Shown here: in pieces, positions 55,362 through 64,000 of the stretch
Layout: every line of letters starts with the position of its first letter
How positions within the stretch are numbered: position 1 is the first letter of the stretch
Assembly: GCA_022825665.1 (NCBI GenBank)
Contig: JAJDWI010000010.1
Coordinates: forward strand, 2,912 to 66,911
Length of the DNA: 64,000 nt
Direction: 5' to 3'
Origin: Candidatus Poribacteria bacterium
GTDB taxonomy: Bacteria > Poribacteria > WGA-4E > WGA-3G
Notes under the pieces: model-generated
Database searches by the model: none
What the model was told of the DNA's origin: nothing
What the model saw: the letters and a program-made list of their open reading frames with translations, nothing else
Translations under genes and position numbers: made by a program

Positions 55362-56738
55362 ATGTCTACTTATGATGTCGGGATTATTGGTGGAGGACCT
55401 GGGGGTTATGTTGCTGCCATAAGAGCAGCTCAGTTGGGAGGCACTGTTTGTCTCATTGAAAAAGGTCAGTGGGGTGGTACTTGCCTAAATAGAGGATGTA
55501 TTCCTACAAAGACCCTGTTTTCTATAGCACATCTTGCGGAGCAGGTTCGCAATACACCTGCTCTAAATGCCCAAAACACAACCGTTGACTATTCACAAAC
55601 ATTGACACATAAAACGGAAGTCATTGAAAAGTTAACAGGTGGGATAAGTCAACTTCTTAAACGGAATAAAATCCAAACCTTGATTGGTAATGCCTCGCTT
55701 ACGGATAAAAACACAATTGTGGTCAATAAAACAGATGGGACATCCGAACAAATTAAGGTGAAAAACGTTATTATCGCTACTGGGTCTGAACCTGCAGATC
55801 CGCCTGTTTTTGAGATTGATGAGACCGATGTGTTGACAACGACTGGAATCCTTAACCTGACAGAACTACCTGAAAGTCTAATTATCGTTGGAGGTGGTGT
55901 TTCAGGTTGTGAATTTGCTTCTATCTTCAATGCATTTGGTTGTAAAGTGACCGTGTTGGAATTGCTTCCTACCATTTTGGCAACAGAAGATGTTCAAGTT
56001 GTTCGTCATATCCAACTTTTCATGAAACGAAAAGGTATTTCTATCCAGACAGGTGCAAAAATTACCAGTGTCAAGAAGTCGGAAGAGGGTGTTACTGCTG
56101 TTCTTGAATCTGGTGAAAGTGTTAAAGCAGAAAAGATGTTGGTATCAATCGGTAGACGTTACAATTCGGAAGGAATAGGGTTGGAAAAGGTTGGCATCCA
56201 CATAGACAACGGCAAAATCGTTGTGAATGAAAAGATGCAGACGAACATTCCCGGAATTTACGCTGTCGGTGATGTCGCGAGTCGATATCTGTTGGCACAT
56301 GTTGCTTCTGCTGAAGGAAAGGTTGCCGCGCAAAACTGCCTTGGTGAAACAACTGAGATGGATTATCAAGTTATCCCATGGTGTGTTTTCACGTTACCGG
56401 AAATTGGGCATGCTGGTATGACAGAAAAAGAGGCTACAGATGAGGGTTATGAGGTTAAGGTCGGTAGATTCCCTTATGGTGCAAGTGGCATGGCGTTAGG
56501 GATGGGAGAAGCAGACGGATTCGTGAAGACTGTCATGGATGCTGATAGTGGTGATATACTCGGGGCACATATTGTTGGTGTCCATGCTTCAACGCTTATT
56601 CATGAGGCTGCAGTTGCAATACGTATGGGTGCATCTGCGATGGATATTGCGCATACTGTGCATGCACATCCTACGCTTTCTGAGATGGTGATGGAATCTG
56701 CTGAGGCTGCGTATGGTAGGGCAGTGCATGTGTTTTAG
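55362..56738 (+). CDS. lpdA: Dihydrolipoyl dehydrogenase (E3)
   Basis: It has GGGPGGYVAAIRAAQLG, the redox-active CLNRGCIPTK and HAHPTLSE. No E1 or E2 genes are adjacent. Confidence 0.9.
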   Translation: MSTYDVGIIGGGPGGYVAAIRAAQLGGTVCLIEKGQWGGTCLNRGCIPTKTLFSIAHLAEQVRNTPALNAQNTTVDYSQTLTHKTEVIEKLTGGISQLLKRNKIQTLIGNASLTDKNTIVVNKTDGTSEQIKVKNVIIATGSEPADPPVFEIDETDVLTTTGILNLTELPESLIIVGGGVSGCEFASIFNAFGCKVTVLELLPTILATEDVQVVRHIQLFMKRKGISIQTGAKITSVKKSEEGVTAVLESGESVKAEKMLVSIGRRYNSEGIGLEKVGIHIDNGKIVVNEKMQTNIPGIYAVGDVASRYLLAHVASAEGKVAAQNCLGETTEMDYQVIPWCVFTLPEIGHAGMTEKEATDEGYEVKVGRFPYGASGMALGMGEADGFVKTVMDADSGDILGAHIVGVHASTLIHEAAVAIRMGASAMDIAHTVHAHPTLSEMVMESAEAAYGRAVHVF

Positions 56739-56816
56739 GTTGTGGTCAGTCAACAATTATGATAAAATATATCAAGATTACAACAAGTATTCACTTATTC
56801 AAAAAAGGATTGCAAT

Positions 56817-57908
56817 ATGACAGCTTATGCATTTTGGAATAACAAAGGTGGTGTCGGTAAGAGTTTTTTAAGCTTTGTTGCAGCAACTGAGTATGCCCGT
56901 ACTTACCCGGATACAGATGTCTATGTAATAGATCTTTGTCCACAGGCAAATATTTCCGAGATGCTGTTATTATATTCCGAAATTTTAATTAATACCAGTG
57001 AACAACATCCAATGTTTACTTATGATGTCCTACGCGAAAATTTTGATCCAATACATAAACTGATTGGACAGACACCACGGGCTACAGTCGCGGGGTACCT
57101 TGAAGCACGTCTAAATTCTCCGTTTGAACCAATCAAGAATGTGTCTCCTTATGTGTGCCGACCTATAGATTTTAACAAAAAATTACCAGTAAATTTACTT
57201 TTAGTTTGTGGGGATTACCTGTTAGAAATCTTATCAGAAGCGATCCGTCAAACATCTCAACTCGCTGTCCCAGTAGATGCTTGGAAACAAGTCCTCAGTT
57301 GGGTCAAAGATTTAACAGTTGCATTACGTAAGCAGAGTGGAAACAGAGATGCCCTTTTTATTCTTGACTGTAATCCGAGTTTCGCTATCTATACCCAATT
57401 AGCTCTTGTGGCAGCTGACAACCTTGTTGTCCCGCTTACTCCTGACGACAGTTCGCGTCGAGCTGTAGAAAATGTCGTTGCTTTACTTTATGGGTACAGT
57501 ATAGATGACCCAAAAATAGAAACTTATGCAAGTATCAACTTTGCCAATAAGGCAAAGGAAGAAGGCTTAGATGTTCCAAGGCTACATACTTTCGTCAGCA
57601 ATCGTGTAACTCTCTATCGTAACAAAGCGAGTAGAGCTTTTGAGGCAGTAAGCAAGTCAATTAAGGAGACAGTGGATGTACTTCATAAAAAACATCGACA
57701 AATCTATGCAACTCCAAAAGAGTTACCAAGTAAAAGGTTCATAGAGATACCAGACTATCATAGTGCTTGTGTCGTTATGACAGTTAAAGGCATACCCTTA
57801 AGTAGTCTTCGACACAATTTTATGGTTCATGGCGAACCAGTTCAACTTGATCCTAAACGTCTAGAACGGTATCGAAAAGCACTCACAGAATTTGTTGATT
57901 GTCTCTAA
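56817..57908 (+). CDS. ParA/MinD-superfamily P-loop ATPase, unusually long (363 aa)
   Basis: It has a deviant Walker A with signature Lys (NNKGGVGKSF), a Walker-B-like LFILDCNPSF and VVPLTPDDSS. Extra insertions and a C-terminal extension distinguish it from ~210-260-aa ParA proteins. Confidence 0.75.
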   Translation: MTAYAFWNNKGGVGKSFLSFVAATEYARTYPDTDVYVIDLCPQANISEMLLLYSEILINTSEQHPMFTYDVLRENFDPIHKLIGQTPRATVAGYLEARLNSPFEPIKNVSPYVCRPIDFNKKLPVNLLLVCGDYLLEILSEAIRQTSQLAVPVDAWKQVLSWVKDLTVALRKQSGNRDALFILDCNPSFAIYTQLALVAADNLVVPLTPDDSSRRAVENVVALLYGYSIDDPKIETYASINFANKAKEEGLDVPRLHTFVSNRVTLYRNKASRAFEAVSKSIKETVDVLHKKHRQIYATPKELPSKRFIEIPDYHSACVVMTVKGIPLSSLRHNFMVHGEPVQLDPKRLERYRKALTEFVDCL

Positions 57909-57917
57909 AGGTATCTC

Positions 57918-58496
57918 GTGTCATCACCAGCAGCATCAACGTATATAACAGCAGTAGAACGTATACAAACACTTCGTAAGACAGCAACGGATAAGCGATT
58001 GCGCCCAATGTCGCGTGATGAGATACAGGTTTTCTACCACGCAGCACTTACTGCTTACGTAGCTGCATGGAACGCGTATATAAAAAACTTGATTACTGAT
58101 TTCTACGATGTAATATCAGATCCATCGCAATCTAAATTTCGCGCCATTTACACAATCGCTCGAAAAAGAGCAGAAAACGCAATAACAAGATTTAACACGC
58201 CAAATTCTGAGAATACACGTAATATTCTTATTCAATACACAGGATATGATCCAATTAACACCACACTTTGGATTCAACGTAGAAAATTAGATGATATAGT
58301 AGAAGTTCGCCATAGTTTCGCACACGGTTTTGATATGCCATCTAATGTTTGGACACAATCATTAAGCAGAAGAGGACAGTTAACAAGTAAAGCCATTCAA
58401 GAAACTGAGATGTTCTTCAGAAAGCTTGTTAAAATTACGGATAAGGGTATGAAAAAACATATTTTGTTAACTTACGGACTGACAGGATTTTGGTAA
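57918..58496 (+). CDS. Hypothetical helical protein with a HEPN-like Rx4H motif
   Basis: GTG start lies 9 nt after the ParA-like stop. It carries EVRHSFAHG (R131...H136, nt 58308-58325). The HEPN assignment is inferred from the motif and its context only. Confidence 0.45.
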   Translation: MSSPAASTYITAVERIQTLRKTATDKRLRPMSRDEIQVFYHAALTAYVAAWNAYIKNLITDFYDVISDPSQSKFRAIYTIARKRAENAITRFNTPNSENTRNILIQYTGYDPINTTLWIQRRKLDDIVEVRHSFAHGFDMPSNVWTQSLSRRGQLTSKAIQETEMFFRKLVKITDKGMKKHILLTYGLTGFW

Positions 58497-58527
58497 TTAA
58501 ACAAGAAATTAGCATATAGATATTTGT

Positions 58528-58794
58528 ATGAACCGTAGAAAAATACCGCAAATAGACTCAATTCAAGAACTCGCCAATTTTTGGGATACACATGATTTAA
58601 CCGAATTTGAAGATGATCTTGAGGAAGTGGAAGAACCTGTGTTTGAACTTCAAACTGAACTGATTGTTCCATTACAACCTGATGAGTTAGAAGCTCTAAC
58701 AATACTTGCGAAAACCCATGACACTTCTCCTGTAAATCTAATTCGTGAATGGGTTCTTGAACATATTGATAATACAGCCGCAGAAGTTCAATGA
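58528..58794 (+). CDS. BrnA/CopG-type ribbon-helix-helix protein (antitoxin-like)
   Basis: It has an N-terminal FWDTHDLTEFEDD box and a C-terminal RHH pattern (LIVPLQPDELEALTILAKTHDTSPVNLIREWVLEHI), as I recall for PF12441-type antitoxins. Confidence 0.6.
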   Translation: MNRRKIPQIDSIQELANFWDTHDLTEFEDDLEEVEEPVFELQTELIVPLQPDELEALTILAKTHDTSPVNLIREWVLEHIDNTAAEVQ

Positions 58795-58842
58795 TTGAAT
58801 TATATTAAAAATAAAGGATTCGGAGTGAGTCTGATTACACTC

Positions 58843-59751
58843 TTAGAAACGCACCGCTTCCTGCAGTTCCTCATACCGCGCCTCAATTTCGCTAAACTGC
58901 ACAGACTTCTGCCGATTGATGCTGAAATCTTCAATGTTAAACGAGGCGACAACAGTACCATACATCATCGCTTTACGGATTGAACCTTCCGATACATCAT
59001 CTACAGATGCCAAATAACCCATAAAACCACCTGCGAAACTATCGCCTGCGCCTGTAGGATCAGTAACTTGTGTAAGTGGATATGCTGGTGCGCTAAAAAA
59101 GGATGATTCCGTGATACTGATTGCACCGTGTTCCCCTTTTTTGACAATAACTCGCTTAGGTCCATAACGTAAGATTGCACGTGCTGCCAGCAATAGATTA
59201 GATTCACCCGTGAGTAATTTTGCCTCACTATCATTTAGGATAAGTATGTCCACGCGTTCTATTGTTTTCTCTAACGCTTCTCGTTCCTCATTTATCCAGA
59301 AATCCATCGTATCACAGACAACCAGTTTAGGGTTTGATGTTTGCTCAATAATGCTCAGCTGCAATTGCGGAGGGTCGTTCGCTAAAAATAGGTAAGAAGT
59401 GTCTTTGTAGGAATTGGGTAAGGTCGGGTGAAAATCAGCAATAACATTCAATTCTGTGAAAAGCGTGTCGCGCACGTTAAAATCTTCAGAGTATCTACCA
59501 CCCCATCGGAAAGTTTTACCATTTTCCACACGTGTCAGTCCTTCAAGGTCAATTCGCTTGTCATTGAGAGAGTCTGTATATGTCTGTGGAAAATCAGCCC
59601 CAACTACACCGACGAGACGGACAGGACTACAAAAAAAACTTGCGGCAACGGCAGCATAAGTACCAGAACCTCCAAGGACATCTTCAACCCGTTTCTGTGG
59701 GGTTTCTACGGTATCTAAAGTAACCGTTCCGACAACTAAAACTCCCATCAT
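58843..59751 (-). CDS. PfkB-family carbohydrate/nucleoside kinase (adenosine-kinase-like by context)
   Basis: It has VVGTVTLD, GGSGTY and the C-terminal TGAGDSFAGGF. I prefer the start at ATGATG 59751, which is preceded by GGAG. It is the last gene of the metK-ahcY operon. Confidence 0.7.
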   Translation of the reverse strand: MMGVLVVGTVTLDTVETPQKRVEDVLGGSGTYAAVAASFFCSPVRLVGVVGADFPQTYTDSLNDKRIDLEGLTRVENGKTFRWGGRYSEDFNVRDTLFTELNVIADFHPTLPNSYKDTSYLFLANDPPQLQLSIIEQTSNPKLVVCDTMDFWINEEREALEKTIERVDILILNDSEAKLLTGESNLLLAARAILRYGPKRVIVKKGEHGAISITESSFFSAPAYPLTQVTDPTGAGDSFAGGFMGYLASVDDVSEGSIRKAMMYGTVVASFNIEDFSINRQKSVQFSEIEARYEELQEAVRF

Positions 59752-59767
59752 TTCTCCATTCTTATTG

Positions 59768-59998
59768 CTAAAATGGTCCTGGACGGTTTTTGTTTTCACG
59801 CATAGCACTAATAACTCGTCGCACACGTCTCACTAAAATAACAGCAAGCACGAGTATAAGCGGGATACGTAGATACTCAAGTATAGTGAAAATGGTCGGA
59901 GGGAATTCGACTTTTCCAGACTGTGCTAACCATATTGGCAGCAGGAGCACTGCTGCAAGAAGTAAAATTACTCCCTCCCAAATTTCTGCCTTTTTCAT
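59768..59998 (-). CDS. Small two-TM membrane protein
   Basis: The ORF lies between ahcY and the kinase gene and has two hydrophobic helices. The start is uncertain (MKKAEI... preferred). Confidence 0.35.
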   Translation of the reverse strand: MKKAEIWEGVILLLAAVLLLPIWLAQSGKVEFPPTIFTILEYLRIPLILVLAVILVRRVRRVISAMRENKNRPGPF

Positions 59999-60088
59999 AA
60001 GAATGGTTATGGGTGCTTGACAGGTTGAGATAGGTTCATTATGCACGTCGTCAGGTGCCTTACACACCCGTGTACAAAATGGAGTTGC

Positions 60089-61351
60089 TTACGTCCCCAT
60101 TTCCCATGAGTTAAGGTATTTTTCTTGCTCAGCCGTTAACGTGTCAATCTCAACACCGAATGCCGCTAACTTTAATCTGGCTACTTCCTCGTCAATGGAT
60201 GTAGGGACATCATAGACCCTATTTTCAAGTTTTTTCTGGTTCTGTGCAATAAATTCAAGGGATAATGCTTGGTTAGCAAAACTCATGTCCATGACACTTG
60301 CCGGATGTCCTTCTGCTGACGCTAAGTTTACCAATCGACCTTCCCCGATGAGAAACAGTGTTCGTCCATCGTCAAGTGTGTAGGATTCTACGTATTCGCG
60401 TGCTGTTGCTTTTTCAACTGCAAGTTCTTCAAGTGCTGGAATATCTATTTCAACATTAAAATGACCTGAATTAGCAATGATTGCCCCATCCTTCATAGCT
60501 TCAAAATGTTCTTTACGAAGGACATGAATATCGCCTGTTAGTGTGATTACAAGGTCTGCTTCTTGAACGGCTTTTTGCATAGGCATCACTCTGAATCCAT
60601 CCATTACTGCTTCCAATGCCTTCAATGCGGTTACTTCCGTTACAATAACGTTAGCACCTAATCCACGTGCCCGACTTGCGACACCTCTGCCACACCAACC
60701 GTAACCTGCTATAACGACAGTCGTTCCTGCGATGAGTAGGTTCGTTGCGCGGATAATGCCATCTAAAGTACTTTGCCCAGTGCCGTATCGGTTATCAAAG
60801 AAATGTTTAGTATCTGCATCATTTACAGCGATAATGGGATATTTCAGTACACCTTCCGCAGCCATGCTTTTAAGCCTGATAACACCAGTGGTTGTTTCTT
60901 CTGTTCCCGCAACAACCTGTTCGACAAGTGCTGGATTTGTTTCTTCTGAATGTAGTTGCGATACCAAATCAGCACCGTCATCCATTGTGATATTAGATTG
61001 TGTTTCAAGTGCTGCCTGTATATGTTGATAGTAGGTTTTGGTATCCTCACCGTTAATAGCAAATACCGCAATGTTGTCATTAACAACGAGAGATGCAGCA
61101 ACATCATCTTGCGTACTAAGCGGGTTAGATGCACATAACGCCAATTCGGCACCACCTGCCTTTAAAGTTTGCATTAGGTTTGCTGTTTCCGTTGTAACAT
61201 GTAAACACGCGGCAACTTTTAATCCTTGCAACGGTTGTTCTTTGGCAAAACGTTCACGGATAGTTGTTAAAACAGGCATAAACCTGTTTGCCCAATCAAT
61301 TCGCTGCTTACCCACATCTGCAAGGTCTGTATTCTTGATATCGTAGTCCAT
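60089..61351 (-). CDS. ahcY: Adenosylhomocysteinase
   Basis: It has the short-type (420 aa) AhcY pattern, with [30 protein letters not shown] and the DxxVTEV NAD fold. Confidence 0.95.
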   Translation of the reverse strand: MDYDIKNTDLADVGKQRIDWANRFMPVLTTIRERFAKEQPLQGLKVAACLHVTTETANLMQTLKAGGAELALCASNPLSTQDDVAASLVVNDNIAVFAINGEDTKTYYQHIQAALETQSNITMDDGADLVSQLHSEETNPALVEQVVAGTEETTTGVIRLKSMAAEGVLKYPIIAVNDADTKHFFDNRYGTGQSTLDGIIRATNLLIAGTTVVIAGYGWCGRGVASRARGLGANVIVTEVTALKALEAVMDGFRVMPMQKAVQEADLVITLTGDIHVLRKEHFEAMKDGAIIANSGHFNVEIDIPALEELAVEKATAREYVESYTLDDGRTLFLIGEGRLVNLASAEGHPASVMDMSFANQALSLEFIAQNQKKLENRVYDVPTSIDEEVARLKLAAFGVEIDTLTAEQEKYLNSWEMGT

Positions 61352-61359
61352 CTTCCTCC

Positions 61360-62487
61360 CTATACTTTAAGCTTTTCAACATAATCAGTTTTTTCCCACG
61401 TGAACCCTTTTCCAGTGCGTCCAAAATGCCCGTAAGCAGCAGTATTTCTGTATATTGGTTCTCGTAGTTTCAATCTTTCAATGATGCCTTCTGGGGTTAA
61501 ATCGAAGTGTTGGTTGACTAATTTAGCAGCCAATTCATCATCGCCTGTTCCAAATGTATCAACCATAACCGAGACAGGTGCTTTACATCCGATTGCATAA
61601 GCAATTTGGATTTCGCATCGTTCTGCTAATCCAGCAGCCACAAGATTTTTAGCTGCATGTCGTGCAGCATAGGTAGCACTTCTGTCAACTTTTGTTGCAT
61701 CTTTTCCAGAGAGTGCACCGCCACCATGTCGTCCAGTACCTCCATAGGTATCCACGATGATTTTCCGTCCAGTTAATCCGGCATCCCCATGGGGTCCTCC
61801 TGTAACGAAACGACCTGTCGGGTTAATATGGTATACAACATCAGGACTCATCAAGTCGTCGGGAATAATTTTTTTGATTACTTCTTCTATTATTCCTTCT
61901 TTGAGATCAGAATCTGCAACATCAGGATCGTGCTGTGATGAAACGACTACAGTGGTTACTCGTGTAGGTTTGTTGTCAACATATTCAACTGTTACTTGGG
62001 ATTTTCCATCGGGGCGGATGTAATCAAGGATACCCTCTTTGCGCACTTGAGCTAAACGGTGGGTCAATTGGTGTGCTAAAGTGATCGGCAAAGGCATTAG
62101 TTCAGGTGTCTCTGTGCATGCATAACCAAACATTAGACCTTGGTCACCAGCACCTCCTGGATTGACACCCATTGCAATATCTGGAGATTGTTTGTCAATT
62201 GTAACTAATATTGCACTATGCTCTGCATCAAATCCGTAGTTTGCATCGGTATATCCAATGTCTGCTATGACTTCACGAGCAATCTCTTGCAAATTTGGAC
62301 TGGCTGTGGTTGTTATTTCTCCTGCAATAATGACAAGTCCAGTTGTAACGAGCGTTTCACATGCCACTCTTCCTAACGGGTCTTCTGTTAGAATGGCATC
62401 AAGAACAGCGTCAGAAATCTGGTCAGCGATTTTGTCCGGATGCCCTTCTGTTACAGATTCGGACGAAAACAAAAAATTACGACTCAA
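61360..62487 (-). CDS. metK: S-adenosylmethionine synthase
   Basis: It has [42 protein letters not shown] and DTYGG. The start is TTG, preceded by AGGAG. Confidence 0.95.
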   Translation of the reverse strand: MSRNFLFSSESVTEGHPDKIADQISDAVLDAILTEDPLGRVACETLVTTGLVIIAGEITTTASPNLQEIAREVIADIGYTDANYGFDAEHSAILVTIDKQSPDIAMGVNPGGAGDQGLMFGYACTETPELMPLPITLAHQLTHRLAQVRKEGILDYIRPDGKSQVTVEYVDNKPTRVTTVVVSSQHDPDVADSDLKEGIIEEVIKKIIPDDLMSPDVVYHINPTGRFVTGGPHGDAGLTGRKIIVDTYGGTGRHGGGALSGKDATKVDRSATYAARHAAKNLVAAGLAERCEIQIAYAIGCKAPVSVMVDTFGTGDDELAAKLVNQHFDLTPEGIIERLKLREPIYRNTAAYGHFGRTGKGFTWEKTDYVEKLKV

Positions 62488-62818
62488 TTCAGTTCTCCTG
62501 TCAACATATTTTTCTTATCTCCTACATATTTTCGTTGAAAGAACGCGTTTTTGTACATAACTTACCCAATGTCATCCAGAAATACCTCAGTGTTAAACGA
62601 ATACAAAAGATATTAATCTAACATACTTACTTGCGACAATACATAATGAGGTAGTATCCTGATAACTACACCCTACCCAATAATTCATTTGATGCATAGG
62701 GTTCGGTATGTCTCGCATTTAGGTATTCACGAGGGGTGGGTACAAAACAGAAAAGATGTAGGCATCATTGCATAAAACTAAATTAACTATAGGAATCCTC
62801 AGTCATCCCAGGTGAATA

Positions 62819-64000
62819 TTAACCCTCAGGATTTTCAGAAGTCTCAGTTTCTTCCGTGTCTGCGGATGCTTCCGAATCTTCAGAAGTTTCAGTTTCTTCA
62901 ATGTCTTCAGCTACCTTAGAAGTATCAGTTTCATCGGAAACACCTATGTCTTCAGGCACCTCTGGTGCAACAGAATCTTCGGTAACCTCAGTATCTTCAG
63001 TGCTTTCAGGGGCATCGGGAATCTCATTTTCCTGAGAATTCATAAGATTATCTACATTGTTTTTTCCCATTTCCTGCTTGAGCAGAGCACCCATAATGGT
63101 TTCCTCTTCCTCAACAGGTTTAGGACGTCTTGGTTGACGTTCACGTACAGGACGTTCACGTCTGGGTCTTTCTTGACGTTCCTCTGGAGGCGTGGTAGCC
63201 CGTTCCTGATCAGCGATTGCAGCTTTCAGACTCAATCCAATACGTCTTCCTTTTGGATCAAGGTTGATGACTTTGACATCTAATTCATCTCCTACTGAAA
63301 CAACCTCTTCTGGTCTTTCAATACGTCGATCAGCAATTTCAGAGATGTGAATTAATCCATCTATACCTTCCTCAAGTTTCGTGAAAGCCCCAAAACTGGT
63401 TAAGTTGACAATCTGTCCTCTTACAACAGAACCGACCTTGTATTTTTCTGGCACTTCATCCCAAGGGTCAGGCTGTGTCTGTTTAAGTCCCAATGAGACA
63501 CGGCGTTCAGATGCATCAATTTGCAGCACAACGACTTCTACTTCGTCACCTTCCTTGAGCATTTCTTGTGGATTGGAGGCACGATCAGTCCAAGATAGAT
63601 CAGATGTATGAATTAAACCGTCAATACCCTCTTCAATTTCAACAAATGCCCCAAAATTAGTTAGATTCCGGATACGTCCAGTTATTTTTGTACCTACAGG
63701 ATACTTTTGTTCTAAAAGTTCCCACGGATTCTGTTGTAATTGTTTAATTCCTAATGAGATTCTTTTTTCCTCTTTAGAAATTTCAAGGACAATCGCCTCA
63801 ATTTCATCACCTTTGGTAACAATGCGTGACGGTGCGACATTACGTCGAGTCCATGCCATTTCAGAAACGTGAATCAATCCCTCAACCGCTTCTTCAAGCT
63901 GAACAAACACACCGTAATTGACAATGTTCACAACCGTTCCACTAACTTTAGAACCGATGATATATTTTTCTTCAACGTTTTCCCAAGGATCGCTTGTTTT
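62819..64000 (-). CDS. rpsA: 30S ribosomal protein S1, 5'-truncated by the window edge, with an Arg/Glu/Pro linker and an acidic C-terminal tail
   Basis: It has four or more S1 domains (G.V..I..FGAFV..EEGIDGLIH.S). The frame stays open to nt 64000. The tail is ERQERPRRERPVRERQPRRPKP followed by acidic TE(D/E)-rich repeats. Confidence 0.9.
   Translation of the reverse strand, partial: KTSDPWENVEEKYIIGSKVSGTVVNIVNYGVFVQLEEAVEGLIHVSEMAWTRRNVAPSRIVTKGDEIEAIVLEISKEEKRISLGIKQLQQNPWELLEQKYPVGTKITGRIRNLTNFGAFVEIEEGIDGLIHTSDLSWTDRASNPQEMLKEGDEVEVVVLQIDASERRVSLGLKQTQPDPWDEVPEKYKVGSVVRGQIVNLTSFGAFTKLEEGIDGLIHISEIADRRIERPEEVVSVGDELDVKVINLDPKGRRIGLSLKAAIADQERATTPPEERQERPRRERPVRERQPRRPKPVEEEETIMGALLKQEMGKNNVDNLMNSQENEIPDAPESTEDTEVTEDSVAPEVPEDIGVSDETDTSKVAEDIEETETSEDSEASADTEETETSENPEG

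Noticed and set aside
58795-58983. A 62-aa plus-strand ORF lies just after the RHH gene and could be a fourth member of the cassette.
   Set aside because: Most of it overlaps the 3' end of the convergent PfkB kinase gene on the other strand, and it has no RBS or recognisable features.
62488-62818. I expected a SAM riboswitch upstream of metK.
   Set aside because: Reading the reverse complement showed none of the conserved SAM-I, SAM-II or SAH core sequences that I can recall. Absence cannot be proven without a covariance-model scan.

Overview
This is a 64-kb chromosomal segment from an AT-rich bacterium (about 40% GC by eye, not computed). The mix of serpins, a microcompartment shell gene, LamG and TPR proteins and dense REP/MITE-like repeats suggests an uncultivated lineage, but I cannot assign a taxon. 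I support about 55 protein genes and recognised no rRNA, tRNA or CRISPR array. Confident housekeeping calls are gltB, msrP, lpdA, metK, ahcY, rpsA (partial), folE, iolD, iolC, eda, radC, rlmB, exbB and two exbD genes. The stretches most worth a second look are: (1) a three-gene cassette at 56.8-58.8 kb, encoding an oversized ParA-like ATPase, a HEPN-like Rx4H protein and a BrnA/CopG-type RHH protein, which I cannot match to a named system; (2) an orphan microcompartment mini-locus at 12.9-14.7 kb, with BMC-H, PduL and an unknown protein, the last two carrying encapsulation-peptide-like N-termini; (3) a five-gene envelope operon opening with two tandem lipoprotein serpins that differ in their reactive-centre loops; (4) a cluster of secreted redox or metal proteins, including a haem-c motif fused to a porin-like barrel, plus a separate 5-TM/tri-haem fusion protein; (5) a PTPS-FolE-SDR cluster of the tetrahydrobiopterin type, with a tandem PTPS whose first half lacks the catalytic Cys; (6) a modular family of palindromic intergenic repeats, with hairpins followed by CCTAC, TIR-bounded mosaics, one nested insertion and compensatory stem changes. 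All family assignments rest on motif recognition and memory, because no database search was run.
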